From Legionella tucsonensis (GTDB taxonomy: Bacteria > Pseudomonadota > Gammaproteobacteria > Legionellales > Legionellaceae), in assembly GCF_001468035.1 (NCBI RefSeq), contig NZ_LNZA01000001.1, positions 1,275,313 through 1,307,312 of the forward strand: 32,000 nucleotides of DNA, in the 5' to 3' direction. Below, one piece after another: positions 9,404-18,378 of this stretch (its first letter is position 1; each line of letters starts with the position of its first letter). The translations under genes and the position numbers were made by a program. The notes beneath the pieces are model-generated. The model was not told where the DNA came from. It did no database searches and saw only the letters and a program-made list of their open reading frames with translations.

Positions 9404-10204
9404 TTATTCTGATTTGGAATGTCCTAAACTAAGCGTGGAAGGCAACATATCTCGTATTTGCTCGACTGGTTGTTTTACTTTTGCCATTAAAAACTCTCTG
9501 AAATTGGCATCCGTAGCGAAGTAGCGAATTGCTCCTTCTACACCTTTATACACACCTACATCAAGCTCTCGTCGCTCCACACTTGCCTTCAAGTCTTGAA
9601 GACGATTGAGATCAACATTGGATTTAGGTGCTGAGAAGAGGGAATAAGCATAAGAGAAAGTACTCCAAATAGAGCTTTTAGTCTCCTCCGCTGCAGTTAT
9701 TTTTTTCCATACCAATATAAACTCAGTTGGGCATAAGGGAGCCATTAATTTAATCATCCGTTGAATATTTGGATTGGAGAGTATTGCTGTATTATCCGTT
9801 GTTCCATCATATTCTGGTTGATTTTTTTTCAAGCACCAGTTGTAAATAATCTTCATTTCATCAAGTTGGTTATGGAAATCTGCCAGACTGAAATTTTGAA
9901 GAATATAGCCAGCAGCACCACAATAAAGAAACATACTTAGAAAATAATTAGCGAATTCAGGAATTGGTAAAAGAAATCCTGCAAGCCAGGTGCCACCCCA
10001 AGCGGTTAAACCAGTGCTCATTCCTTGGAAAAGATACATTAGATTTGCATTGTATTCGAAATCATTAATGTATTTTTTAAGTGCGGCTTGTTGTTCCTCA
10101 TCATTTAAGTTAAATGGCTTTGAAGTTAATATTTTTAAAGCATTAGCTCGGTCTTTTTTTGCCCTTTCAACTGCAGTCATTCCATCAACAGTAAGTTTGC
10201 CCAC
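9404..10204 (-). CDS. Hypothetical protein with a central bilobed hydrophobic hairpin (orphan; candidate membrane-inserted effector)
   Basis: ORF 9404..10306. The best start is GTG 10204, with AAGGAGAG 4 nt upstream; ATG 10243 and ATG 10180 are alternatives. A ~45-aa hydrophobic block, GMSTGLTAWGGTWLAGFLLPIPEFANYFLSMFLYCGAAGYILQNF, is flanked by soluble helical regions. I recognised no family motif. Confidence 0.6.
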   Translation of the reverse strand: MGKLTVDGMTAVERAKKDRANALKILTSKPFNLNDEEQQAALKKYINDFEYNANLMYLFQGMSTGLTAWGGTWLAGFLLPIPEFANYFLSMFLYCGAAGYILQNFSLADFHNQLDEMKIIYNWCLKKNQPEYDGTTDNTAILSNPNIQRMIKLMAPLCPTEFILVWKKITAAEETKSSIWSTFSYAYSLFSAPKSNVDLNRLQDLKASVERRELDVGVYKGVEGAIRYFATDANFREFLMAKVKQPVEQIRDMLPSTLSLGHSKSE

Positions 10205-10385
10205 GATACTCTCCTTGAAAATTACAATAAAAGTCTTATTCATCCTACCTGAAAAAATGGGATTTATGCTATTTCTTTTTATAAAAAATAATCTGAAATT
10301 AACCAAACCGTTTTTTGTCTGTTAGGATTTCAATGCTGATATTTGTCTACTCAAGATAACTACATCATTTTCATCATTATAAGAG

Positions 10386-10404
10386 CATCAACCATTAGTT
10401 GATG
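10386..10404 (-). terminator. Weak candidate terminator hairpin after the AT3-SGNH gene
   Basis: CATCAAC and GTTGATG form a 7-bp stem with a 5-nt loop, 15 nt downstream of the stop at 10419. The trailing tract is only moderately T-rich. Confidence 0.3.
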
Positions 10405-10418
10405 ATATCGCTTCCATG

Positions 10419-12371
10419 CTATGTCAAGGGATTTTGATATAATTGTAAGTAACGAGTAGCTAGATGATATGAGGCATAATCAGTGATATGTCCAGAGTCG
10501 CGAAATACGGGTATACCATTAATATCTACGCTGCATTGACCTTTGAGACATTGCACCTTTTTAGGATCAATAATTATTAATTGAGTATATTTACTCTTTA
10601 GGCGTGAAAACAAATCATCCTGCCAATTAGACTCACCTTTAAAATTACATTCTTTGGAGTTATATTTTTTTCTTTGTTTTATATGGTTAAAAAAACAATC
10701 ATAAGCATCATAACGTGCTTGAACTGTCTTTACTAAAACGGGTCTCGCTCCAGAGGTAATAATGATTCGCAATGCGCTGTCTAATGCTTTTTCAATTCGA
10801 CTTTTAGTCAACTCAACGGACTCATTTTTGATGAGTTTCCCACTTAGATATCCTTCCCAGTTTTGCGCCAGGATTACAAAGTTATAGTGATTTTTCCTGA
10901 TCATGTTGTAATACCGTTTAGTTTGCTCATGGCACGCTGTATAGACCTCTTTATTCCAATCGTATTGATAGATTCCTGGTAAAGAAAGGCATGCTGCAGT
11001 CGAATGAGTCTGAATAGATAAGTTGGCTTTTTGTGCAAGAACATCAATGAAACCCCATAAATGATTGGCATGAGAATCACCAAACAAAAAACCTATTTTG
11101 CTATTTGAGTTATTGGCACCAAGAACACATAGGGCGTTCACTTCAACGTTTTTTTCCTGGAGACACAAGGGCCTCTGTAGGTAGGCGTATCGTTTTAACT
11201 GCATGTTAATATTAGCCATTTCCTTAAAACGTTCAGGGTATCCTTCATATTTTTTGATTGCGTAGTCACTCGCGTGGGTTAAGAGAATAGGAAATATGAG
11301 TAAATAAGTTAAGCTATAGCCAAATTTCAGTTTGTGAAACTTGCGTGTTGGCTTTTCAATAAATCGCCAAGAAAAATAAGAGATAATAAAAATCAAAGTA
11401 AATGTACATAATAAAACGGGGACTGTTTCTTCAATTTGCAAATAGCGAAGAAATGCCAATACAGGCCAATGCCAAATATATAACGAGTATGAAAGCAGCC
11501 CTATTCCGACTATAGGCCTCATGGAAAGCAGTCGGATTAGAATTGATTGAGGATGATATTTTCCCGAAATTATAAGTGCGGCTGTTGCACAACACAAAAC
11601 AACAGCATATCCGTTAGGAAAACCTACATTAATATTTTCATGCGTTGCTATATAAAATAAGGTTAAAATAGCAACAGCGCTTAGCAAATCTAAAAAAAAT
11701 TTATTTAATGAAAGTCGATTTTGACTAAATACAATGCATGAACCGATTAAAAACTCAAAAAACCGGCTTGATAAATGATAGTAGTTTTTTGCTGGTTCCT
11801 TTGCAGAAAAGAATAAAGCTAAAACTAAAAAAAACAGAGTAAGTAAGTAGATGATTTTTGCAGTATATTTTTTATTAATTCGACAAAGGCAGTAAATCAT
11901 TGCAGGCAAAATTAAATAGCATTGCCATTCTATAGATAACGACCAAGAATGTAATAAAGGTAATTGGCTTATATTTGGTGAAAAATAACCTTTTGTTATG
12001 CGTTCAAAAAAAGTATTTGAAATAAAAAAAGAGGCTTTACGAGCACTTTTAGAATATTGAATCAAATCTTCAGGCAAATAAAAAATTAAAGTAAAAAGAA
12101 TGGTGCTCACTATCAAACAAATCAATACTGGCTGTAAGCGCCACAATCTTCGACTATAAAAATCAATAAAAGAAAAACGATTGTCTTGTAATGAATTATG
12201 AATAATATTAGTGATTAAAAATCCGGAAATAACAAAAAATACATCAACGCCGATAAATCCTGAGGGAAATAATTTGAATCCTGCATGAAAAAATAAAACA
12301 AATAAAATAGCAACAGCTCTCAAACCATCAATATCTGGCCTATACTCATTCTTCAATATATATCCACTCAT
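10419..12371 (-). CDS. Acyltransferase family 3 (OafA/YrhL-type) O-acyltransferase with C-terminal SGNH domain
   Basis: The N-terminus RPDIDGLRAVAILFVLFFHAG is the AT3 signature, followed by about 10 TM helices. The C-terminal domain has SGNH block I (FLFGDSHANHLWG) and block V (RDSGHITDYAS). Confidence 0.9.
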   Translation of the reverse strand: MSGYILKNEYRPDIDGLRAVAILFVLFFHAGFKLFPSGFIGVDVFFVISGFLITNIIHNSLQDNRFSFIDFYSRRLWRLQPVLICLIVSTILFTLIFYLPEDLIQYSKSARKASFFISNTFFERITKGYFSPNISQLPLLHSWSLSIEWQCYLILPAMIYCLCRINKKYTAKIIYLLTLFFLVLALFFSAKEPAKNYYHLSSRFFEFLIGSCIVFSQNRLSLNKFFLDLLSAVAILTLFYIATHENINVGFPNGYAVVLCCATAALIISGKYHPQSILIRLLSMRPIVGIGLLSYSLYIWHWPVLAFLRYLQIEETVPVLLCTFTLIFIISYFSWRFIEKPTRKFHKLKFGYSLTYLLIFPILLTHASDYAIKKYEGYPERFKEMANINMQLKRYAYLQRPLCLQEKNVEVNALCVLGANNSNSKIGFLFGDSHANHLWGFIDVLAQKANLSIQTHSTAACLSLPGIYQYDWNKEVYTACHEQTKRYYNMIRKNHYNFVILAQNWEGYLSGKLIKNESVELTKSRIEKALDSALRIIITSGARPVLVKTVQARYDAYDCFFNHIKQRKKYNSKECNFKGESNWQDDLFSRLKSKYTQLIIIDPKKVQCLKGQCSVDINGIPVFRDSGHITDYASYHLATRYLQLYQNPLT

Positions 12372-13324
12372 TTATTACATTGGTGCTGCTGCTTATTGGT
12401 TTTGGCAACTGTTATCTCCCAATCAGGACCTGAGCCAATCGCGTGAACCTTAGTAAAATCACCTTGATTTCTTGCTATTGACAAATGAAGCAAACTATTT
12501 AAATAAAGTAAGTCCGAACCTTTCAGAACTTCACCAAAAGTTTTTTTATAAGGCAATAGACCCTCAAATTTATCATGCTTATTGTAATAGATTTTTACCT
12601 TATAACATTCATTAGCCTTAAAATTATATTTTTCTAGCAATTGTTTATCAATGTTAGTCCAAACGTTTCCATATTGAGAATCAAGAATGACTATTGTGCC
12701 ACGCAATATATTATTTTCGATGACAGCCTTTTGGTAAGGAATCTTTACTATAGGTTCATTAAGTTTAGGCCCTACCTCTTCAAATGAAATTTGACCCGAA
12801 GCGAGTTTGGCTGCAGTATAACCATACACATCTCTCCCAAAAAAGGTATATGATGAACTTGATTCTTTTAAACGGTTCTTGTTTTCATCAATTTCACGGA
12901 CTTCTTTGATTCCAAATGCATCATCCACCATGGTCAACGTTCCATTATCTGGAGTTACAAAATATTGACCATTATTTGTTAAAGCAACTACAGATCGCCG
13001 TTTGGTTCCAACACCAGGATCAACGACACTTACAAATACAGAGTTTTTGGGCCAATACGGGGCTGTTTGGTAAAGGCGGTATGATGCTTCCCAAATATTA
13101 TAAGCGGGTATGTGATGAGTTAAATCTGAAATTATCAGAGAAGGATCAACAGTGTACATTACTCCTTTTACCTCACTTACGGCTCCATCTCGCATGCCAA
13201 AATCGCTTTGGAATACAATAATGCCTGATTTTGCCCAACTCATTGATGAACAAAAAACTAGAATCAGTAAAAAAATAATTAAATTGGAGGATAGATTATT
13301 TATTTTGATCATTGATGTATGCAT
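12368..13324 (-). CDS. DUF62 / SAM hydroxide adenosyltransferase (SAM hydrolase, halogenase-like) family protein with N-terminal signal peptide
   Basis: Family motifs are present: QSDFGMRDGAVSEVKGVM, DLTHHIP, VSVVDPGVGTKRR, TPDNGTL and TFFGRDVY. The N-terminus MIKINNLSSNLIIFLLILVFCSSMSWA-KS looks like a Sec signal. Its stop overlaps the downstream start as ATGA (12368-12371). Confidence 0.85.
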   Translation of the reverse strand: MHTSMIKINNLSSNLIIFLLILVFCSSMSWAKSGIIVFQSDFGMRDGAVSEVKGVMYTVDPSLIISDLTHHIPAYNIWEASYRLYQTAPYWPKNSVFVSVVDPGVGTKRRSVVALTNNGQYFVTPDNGTLTMVDDAFGIKEVREIDENKNRLKESSSSYTFFGRDVYGYTAAKLASGQISFEEVGPKLNEPIVKIPYQKAVIENNILRGTIVILDSQYGNVWTNIDKQLLEKYNFKANECYKVKIYYNKHDKFEGLLPYKKTFGEVLKGSDLLYLNSLLHLSIARNQGDFTKVHAIGSGPDWEITVAKTNKQQHQCNK

Positions 13325-13638
13325 TTATTTTTCATAGGCATCATAATAAAACAGCTAATCCATTACGGTCCATACCTAAAACTTATTTTGTTTCCCTTTT
13401 TATATAAGTTATTAGCACAGGTAAACTAATAGCTGTATTCGAAGCTTATGTAAATCAATATTGCTGGCTAATCAAAAAAAATTTCATTATCAGGAGTTGC
13501 CTTCGGACCTTTAGTTTTATAATGTTTGAAAACGGGTAGTGAATTTAGTTACTGCCTTAATTTCTGTTATCATTGATGTGTTTGTCTTTACCCATAATAA
13601 AAAATACAAGTGCTTTAAATTTATAAAGAATCGATTTT

Positions 13639-13667
13639 ATTTGACAAATCAACTGATTATAACTATC
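13639..13667 (+). promoter_or_regulatory. Candidate sigma70 promoter of the phasin-like gene
   Basis: TTGACA (13639-13644), a 17-nt spacer, then TATCTT (13662-13667), about 35 nt upstream of ATG 13702. Confidence 0.3.
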
Positions 13668-13701
13668 TTTGAATTGTGCAATGCAACATAAGGAGATGCT
13701 A

Positions 13702-14385
13702 ATGAAAAACGAATTTTTTGAGCAAAAAATGTTTAACAATTTTGAAGCTCCAATGCAAAAACTAATGGAGCTCAATGTTAAAATGATGCAAAACCTATCT
13801 TTAATGAAGCCAATGGATTTATTAAGCCTAAAGAAACCAGAAGATATTTTTGAGAGAAATATGGAACTATTTATCCAAAATAGTCATATGACTCTAAATT
13901 ATATGAGGGAAACGTTCAATATTCTTGAGCATCATTGGTTCAATGTTTCTCGAAATATGGATCAAAATACTAAAAAAGCAATAAATGAAGCTTCATCTTC
14001 CATGAAAAAAAGCATAAAAACAACTGCTAAGACTGTAGCTAAAAAAGCTACTTCTTCTGCAAAAAAAGCGGGTTCCGCAGCTAAAAAAGTCGCATCTTCT
14101 GCAAAAAAAGCTTCGCCTGCGCCTAAAAAAGCATCTTCACCTGCGAAAAAGGCAAGTGCCAAAAAAAATACTAAGGCTGCTGCGCCAAAGACAAACTTTA
14201 AACAAGCAGCTAAAAGTACTCCAGCTAAATCAACTGTAATGCATGCCAAAGTAACAACAAATCAAAATGCACCAAAAATGACTGCTGAGAGCCCTATGCC
14301 AAAGGTAGGTAGCATGGCTGAAAAAAGCGGAGTTAAAGATCTTGGCATTCAAAATATAAATAAAAGTAATTCCATGCCAAACTAA
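13702..14385 (+). CDS. Phasin-family N-terminal domain fused to a histone H1-like AKKA-repeat tail (PhaF-like granule-associated protein)
   Basis: AAGGAG lies 6 nt upstream of ATG 13702, and the ORF track start is 13669. The N-terminus FEAPMQKLMELNVKMMQNL...NMELFIQNSHMTLNYMRETF is phasin-like. The C-terminus AKKATSSAKKAGSAAKKVASSAKKASPAPKKASSPAKKASAKK is a lysine/alanine repeat. Confidence 0.75.
   Translation: MKNEFFEQKMFNNFEAPMQKLMELNVKMMQNLSLMKPMDLLSLKKPEDIFERNMELFIQNSHMTLNYMRETFNILEHHWFNVSRNMDQNTKKAINEASSSMKKSIKTTAKTVAKKATSSAKKAGSAAKKVASSAKKASPAPKKASSPAKKASAKKNTKAAAPKTNFKQAAKSTPAKSTVMHAKVTTNQNAPKMTAESPMPKVGSMAEKSGVKDLGIQNINKSNSMPN
14026..14190 (+). repeat. Degenerate tandem coding repeat (GCx AAA AAA GCx ...), encoding AKKA units
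   Basis: Units of the form gcaaaaaaagc recur about every 24-33 nt. They also generate the spurious antisense ORF 13962..14249. Confidence 0.7.
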
Positions 14386-14411
14386 ATTCCAGATGAACAA
14401 CAGTTGAACCT

Positions 14412-14441
14412 AAAGAGCCCCCACGTCAGCGGAGGCTCTTT
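14412..14441 (+). terminator. Candidate intrinsic terminator of the phasin-like gene
   Basis: AAAGAGCCcCC pairs with GGaGGCTCTTT, giving 10 bp plus one internal mismatch and an 8-nt loop. It starts 27 nt after the stop, and the T-run is partly inside the stem. Confidence 0.45.
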
Positions 14442-14656
14442 GGTATTAAGAAATTGACTTTATAAATTATTTGTTACCACATTTAGAGTTTTTTCTAATA
14501 TCTTGCGTTTAGATTTCGTATTTAAAATATTTAATAAAAAATGTTTTTGTAAATTTAGGATTTTTGATATTTTCTCTGATAAATTCTGTTTCAAAACCAC
14601 ATTTTTATAAAAATCGGGTGCTTGGAATACACATGTTTACTATGTTAACTCATTAT

Positions 14657-16036
14657 TTACGATAATATGTTCGGATTAAGATTAGGTAACATCGTTTGCA
14701 GTTCTTTTGCCAGGGAGTATAGCTGCAAGTCATTCCCTTGAGCAGCCCCCAATTGTATTGATACTGGAAATTGATGATGCATCATAATAGGAAGAGTCAT
14801 TGCCGGTAGGCCAGCTTGATTAAATATTGAAGTAAATGGAGAAAACTCTACATTTTTCTGCAAGTAGTTCTCAAATTCGTCATCAGTTCTTAATTCATTT
14901 ATAAATAAAGGAAGCTGAGCTAGAGCCGGGGTTAATATGATATCATTTTGATTTAGCAAGTGATGTAATGGTTGAGTAAGCTGATATAAATTGTTTTTTG
15001 CAATGAGATATTCATAAGAAGAAATAGTTTGTCCACGCTGATAAAATTCCCAGGTAACTGGTTCGAGCTCATCACGCATTGCTTTTCTTCCTAATTGAGT
15101 TTCTTGAAGTTTAATCGTTGTATATGTATTTGCTGAAATAAGAGTAATCACGCAATCACCAATAGCATTAATATCCAACGCTAAATATTTCTTCTTAATT
15201 GTATGGCCGGCTTTTTCTAATAGCTCTTTAACTTTACTTACTGCCTCAAGGCAAGGAATTGCAATAGGTACTGATGCAAAAACGCCCTCTAAGCAAAGAA
15301 TATTCAATGACTTTTTATCAGCGGGAAGAGGGCGCACACGGAATTGATCTGCTAATTGATTGAATAATGCTTCTGAATCTCTAAGCGAACGTGTTAAGAC
15401 AAAATTTACTGCTAAACCAGACCATAATTCATTAGTCAAAGGGCCTGTTGGTGTTAAACCTGTGGTCGGTTTAAATCCCAATAAGCCGCAACACGCAGCA
15501 GGTATTCTAATGGAACCACCTCCATCGCTTGCCGTGGCAACAGGAGTAATACCCGCTGCAACTGCAGCTGCCGAACCGCCTGAAGAGCCGCCAGAAGTTC
15601 TATTGGGATCATAAGGATTACGGCATGGACCCAATAAAACAGATTCAGTAACATAAGAAAGACCCAGCTCTGGTGTATTCGTTTTCGCAATAGGTATAAA
15701 ACCCAATGAAATCATTTTACTCACGAAATCACTAGTAAATGGAGCAACGTTAGTAGCAAAAAAGCGTGATCCTTCCGTACTGCGGATTCCTGTAATGGAA
15801 TGTCCTAAGTCTTTAATTAATAAAGGAACGCCATAGTAAGGCTCATTACCACTCAGTTTTTTTAGGCATTTTTTTGCGAAATCAGAACAGTCAGTAACAA
15901 TCGCATTGAGGGTAGGATTGACTTCATGTAAGCGTGAAAGAGCACAATCCATGGCTTCAACAGGGCTAATTTCACCTGTTTTGATCCTTGTTGCCAATTC
16001 AATTGTATCGCACTGAAGATATTCTTTTAATAACAT
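14657..16036 (-). CDS. Amidase-signature family amidase
   Basis: The amidase signature GGSSGGSAAAVAAG...DGGGSIRIPAA is present, with the catalytic Lys context PLLIKDL. No signal peptide is visible. Confidence 0.9.
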   Translation of the reverse strand: MLLKEYLQCDTIELATRIKTGEISPVEAMDCALSRLHEVNPTLNAIVTDCSDFAKKCLKKLSGNEPYYGVPLLIKDLGHSITGIRSTEGSRFFATNVAPFTSDFVSKMISLGFIPIAKTNTPELGLSYVTESVLLGPCRNPYDPNRTSGGSSGGSAAAVAAGITPVATASDGGGSIRIPAACCGLLGFKPTTGLTPTGPLTNELWSGLAVNFVLTRSLRDSEALFNQLADQFRVRPLPADKKSLNILCLEGVFASVPIAIPCLEAVSKVKELLEKAGHTIKKKYLALDINAIGDCVITLISANTYTTIKLQETQLGRKAMRDELEPVTWEFYQRGQTISSYEYLIAKNNLYQLTQPLHHLLNQNDIILTPALAQLPLFINELRTDDEFENYLQKNVEFSPFTSIFNQAGLPAMTLPIMMHHQFPVSIQLGAAQGNDLQLYSLAKELQTMLPNLNPNILS

Positions 16037-16104
16037 TAAGTACCTGCATGCATTGAAAATCCAGGAACAATAAAAATTGCCCCCGGATTGATGTTATAAA
16101 TAAC

Positions 16105-16545
16105 TCATTCTTCATGACATTTTTTAAATTTTTCTGCCATTTTTTCTTCCTTCTTTTTCATTTTGTTTTGTAGTTCTGTTTTTTGCTCTGGATTAAGGAC
16201 TGCATAAATTTGATTTTTTGCTTCTATCTTGGCTTTAATCATATCACCCATGAGCTTTGTTTTTTTATCAATTAAGTCGTCAACTGTTGATTGGTCCATA
16301 GATGCCGATTCAGCTTGTTGATGGAGTTGTTTACTTAAATCTCTCATCTGTTCTCCATTATTTTTCATTGTCGCTTTAAGTTTTTCTAAAATCGGTTTTA
16401 TTTTAGATTTCTGGCTTTCATCAAGTTTTAGCGACTCAACCATGTTTTTTAGTCTTTCTTTACATTCTCCTGAATGTGCTAAAACTACTGGACTGAGTGC
16501 CAACGCAAATGCAAATACAGCAGTCTGTACCATTTTTTTATACAT
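16105..16545 (-). CDS. Spy/CpxP-family periplasmic protein (LTxxQ-motif chaperone-like)
   Basis: It has a signal peptide (MYKKMVQTAVFAFALALSPVVLA-HS) and an all-helical K/E-rich body. Two LxxxQ-type motifs are present: LKLDESQKSKI and LNPEQKTEL. Confidence 0.72.
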   Translation of the reverse strand: MYKKMVQTAVFAFALALSPVVLAHSGECKERLKNMVESLKLDESQKSKIKPILEKLKATMKNNGEQMRDLSKQLHQQAESASMDQSTVDDLIDKKTKLMGDMIKAKIEAKNQIYAVLNPEQKTELQNKMKKKEEKMAEKFKKCHEE

Positions 16546-16743
16546 GATATTTCCTTTCCTTAGTTAGTGTTAAAATCATAATTTAGTATAGATGGTCTAG
16601 ACGATTTTTGTGAAAAAAATATTTTATATACACAACAAGTGGATAGGGCATGGGCAGGTATTTACTACCCCCTTCATTTTTCAAATAAGCTCCATTCCCT
16701 TAGAATAGTTGCGATAACAATGGAATAAATAAGGAAATTAAAA

Positions 16744-18300
16744 TTGCATAGAACGCCAAAAAATCTTTTCACATACAGTTCATTAATAATATCGGTTATT
16801 TTTTTTCAAAGCTCGTTTTCCTGCAACATAGATCCTGTTAATTTGCAGGTAACACAATATATTGATAAAAGCTGGAATCGATTGACCCGTGACAACTGGA
16901 TTCAATCCAGTGTTGATCCAAAATTATTAACTGATGAATTTATTGTATACCTACCTGAATCAGAACTAATCGAAAAAATTAAAGAAAACAATATAAAATT
17001 AGTCAACAAAGTTAACTTTGAATATTTACCAAAAAATTATGCTCACATAAAAAAGCATGGATTGCTTTATTTACCTCATCCCTATGTGGTTCCTGGTGGA
17101 CGATTTAATGAAATGTATGCTTGGGATAGTTTTTTTATTGAGTTAGGATTACTAGAAAGCAATCGATTAAATCTTGCAAAAAATATGGTAGATAACTTAA
17201 TTTATGAGGTCGTTAATTATGGGATCGTTTTAAATGCCAATCGCACTTATTATTTAGGACGTACACAACCTCCCGTGTTAACTGAAATGATACTCGCTTA
17301 CTATAACAAGGATCCTGATAAACTTTGGTTAAAATCCACTTTACCAGCCATTGAAAAATTATATCATCATTGGACATCCCCACCTCGTGCAATTCCACAT
17401 ATTGGGTTATCACGATATTACTCAGGTGGGGCAGGGCAAACCCCTGAGGAATCACCTATCTATTATGCAAAAGTGATAAACTATTTTAGAACACATTATA
17501 TAAGTGATTATGATAAAGCTCTTTTTTATGACCCACAAAACAATAAATTAACACCTCTTTTTTATGTTGCGGATCGTACAATTCGGGAATCAGGTTTTGA
17601 TATTACAGCCAAATATGGTCCATTTGGCGCCGGGATATTGGATTTTGCACCAGTAGATTTAAATGTTTTGCTGTATCAAATGGAGCGTGATACACAAAAA
17701 ATCTACAAAATCCTGGGTAAAGATAACGAAGCCATAAAATGGCAGGCTCGCGCCGAAATGCGCGCTAAATATATAAATCAATATTTATGGGATGAATCAA
17801 CTGGTTATTATTTAGATTATGACTTCAAAAAGAAAAAACGTAAATATTATCCCTTTGCTACCACTTTTTATCCTTTGTGGGCTGGAATCGCCTCTAAGGA
17901 ACAAGCTGCCGCAGTAGTAAAACATATACCGGATTTATTAATGAAAGGTGGTATTGTTACAAGCATTAATAATTCCGGACTGCAATGGGATGCTCCCTTT
18001 GGATGGGCTCCATTGCAATATTTTGCAGTTTTGGGGCTTGAACGATATGGCTATAAAAGATTTGCAATTGAAGTGGCTGCTAAATTTATTAACACAGTAA
18101 ATAGAGGATTTCAAAGAAATCACGCTATTTTTGAAAAATATGATGTGAGTACAATAAGCACTCGCACCGATAATAAAATTAAATACAGTTATGCTACCAA
18201 TGAAATTGGTTTTGGTTGGACCAATGGTGTTTATTTAATTTTTATCAAATTTCTTGAACAATATGACAATGAGTTCAATTCGAGTGGATGTCATGTGTAA
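16744..18300 (+). CDS. treA: Alpha,alpha-trehalase (GH37), secreted/periplasmic, possibly lipidated
   Basis: Both GH37 signatures are present: PGGRFNEMYAWDSFF and QWDAPFGWAPLQ. The TTG start at 16744 has AAGGA 8 nt upstream. The N-terminal hydrophobic segment ends in SFSC. Confidence 0.9.
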   Translation: MHRTPKNLFTYSSLIISVIFFQSSFSCNIDPVNLQVTQYIDKSWNRLTRDNWIQSSVDPKLLTDEFIVYLPESELIEKIKENNIKLVNKVNFEYLPKNYAHIKKHGLLYLPHPYVVPGGRFNEMYAWDSFFIELGLLESNRLNLAKNMVDNLIYEVVNYGIVLNANRTYYLGRTQPPVLTEMILAYYNKDPDKLWLKSTLPAIEKLYHHWTSPPRAIPHIGLSRYYSGGAGQTPEESPIYYAKVINYFRTHYISDYDKALFYDPQNNKLTPLFYVADRTIRESGFDITAKYGPFGAGILDFAPVDLNVLLYQMERDTQKIYKILGKDNEAIKWQARAEMRAKYINQYLWDESTGYYLDYDFKKKKRKYYPFATTFYPLWAGIASKEQAAAVVKHIPDLLMKGGIVTSINNSGLQWDAPFGWAPLQYFAVLGLERYGYKRFAIEVAAKFINTVNRGFQRNHAIFEKYDVSTISTRTDNKIKYSYATNEIGFGWTNGVYLIFIKFLEQYDNEFNSSGCHV

Positions 18301-18321
18301 TACACGGAAATAGAAGTAAAA

Positions 18322-18361
18322 TATCGTTCACTTTATAAACATTTTAATAATGTGAACGATA
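18322..18361. terminator. Hairpin between the convergent trehalase and FDH genes (candidate bidirectional terminator)
   Basis: TATCGTTCAC (18322-18331) and GTGAACGATA (18352-18361) form a perfect 10-bp stem with an AT-rich 20-nt loop. Confidence 0.5.
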
Positions 18362-18378
18362 GTTCATTTACAAAATAT

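Noticed and set aside
13962-14249. 95-aa antisense ORF opposite the AKKA repeat
   Set aside because: It is a mirror image of the Lys/Ala repeat (Phe/Leu/Ala-rich), has no start context, and is a classic shadow ORF.
15360-15690. Two ORFs (84 aa +, 78 aa -) inside the amidase gene
   Set aside because: They overlap the strongly supported amidase-signature region. They are low-complexity shadow frames of the GGSSGGSAAAVAAG segment.
16037-16104. Spy/CpxP-like gene and amidase as a functional pair (68-nt gap, same strand)
   Set aside because: Co-orientation alone is weak evidence. The amidase lacks a signal peptide while the chaperone is periplasmic, and an imperfect hairpin lies between them. 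I also found no clear tandem GTAAA CpxR box upstream.
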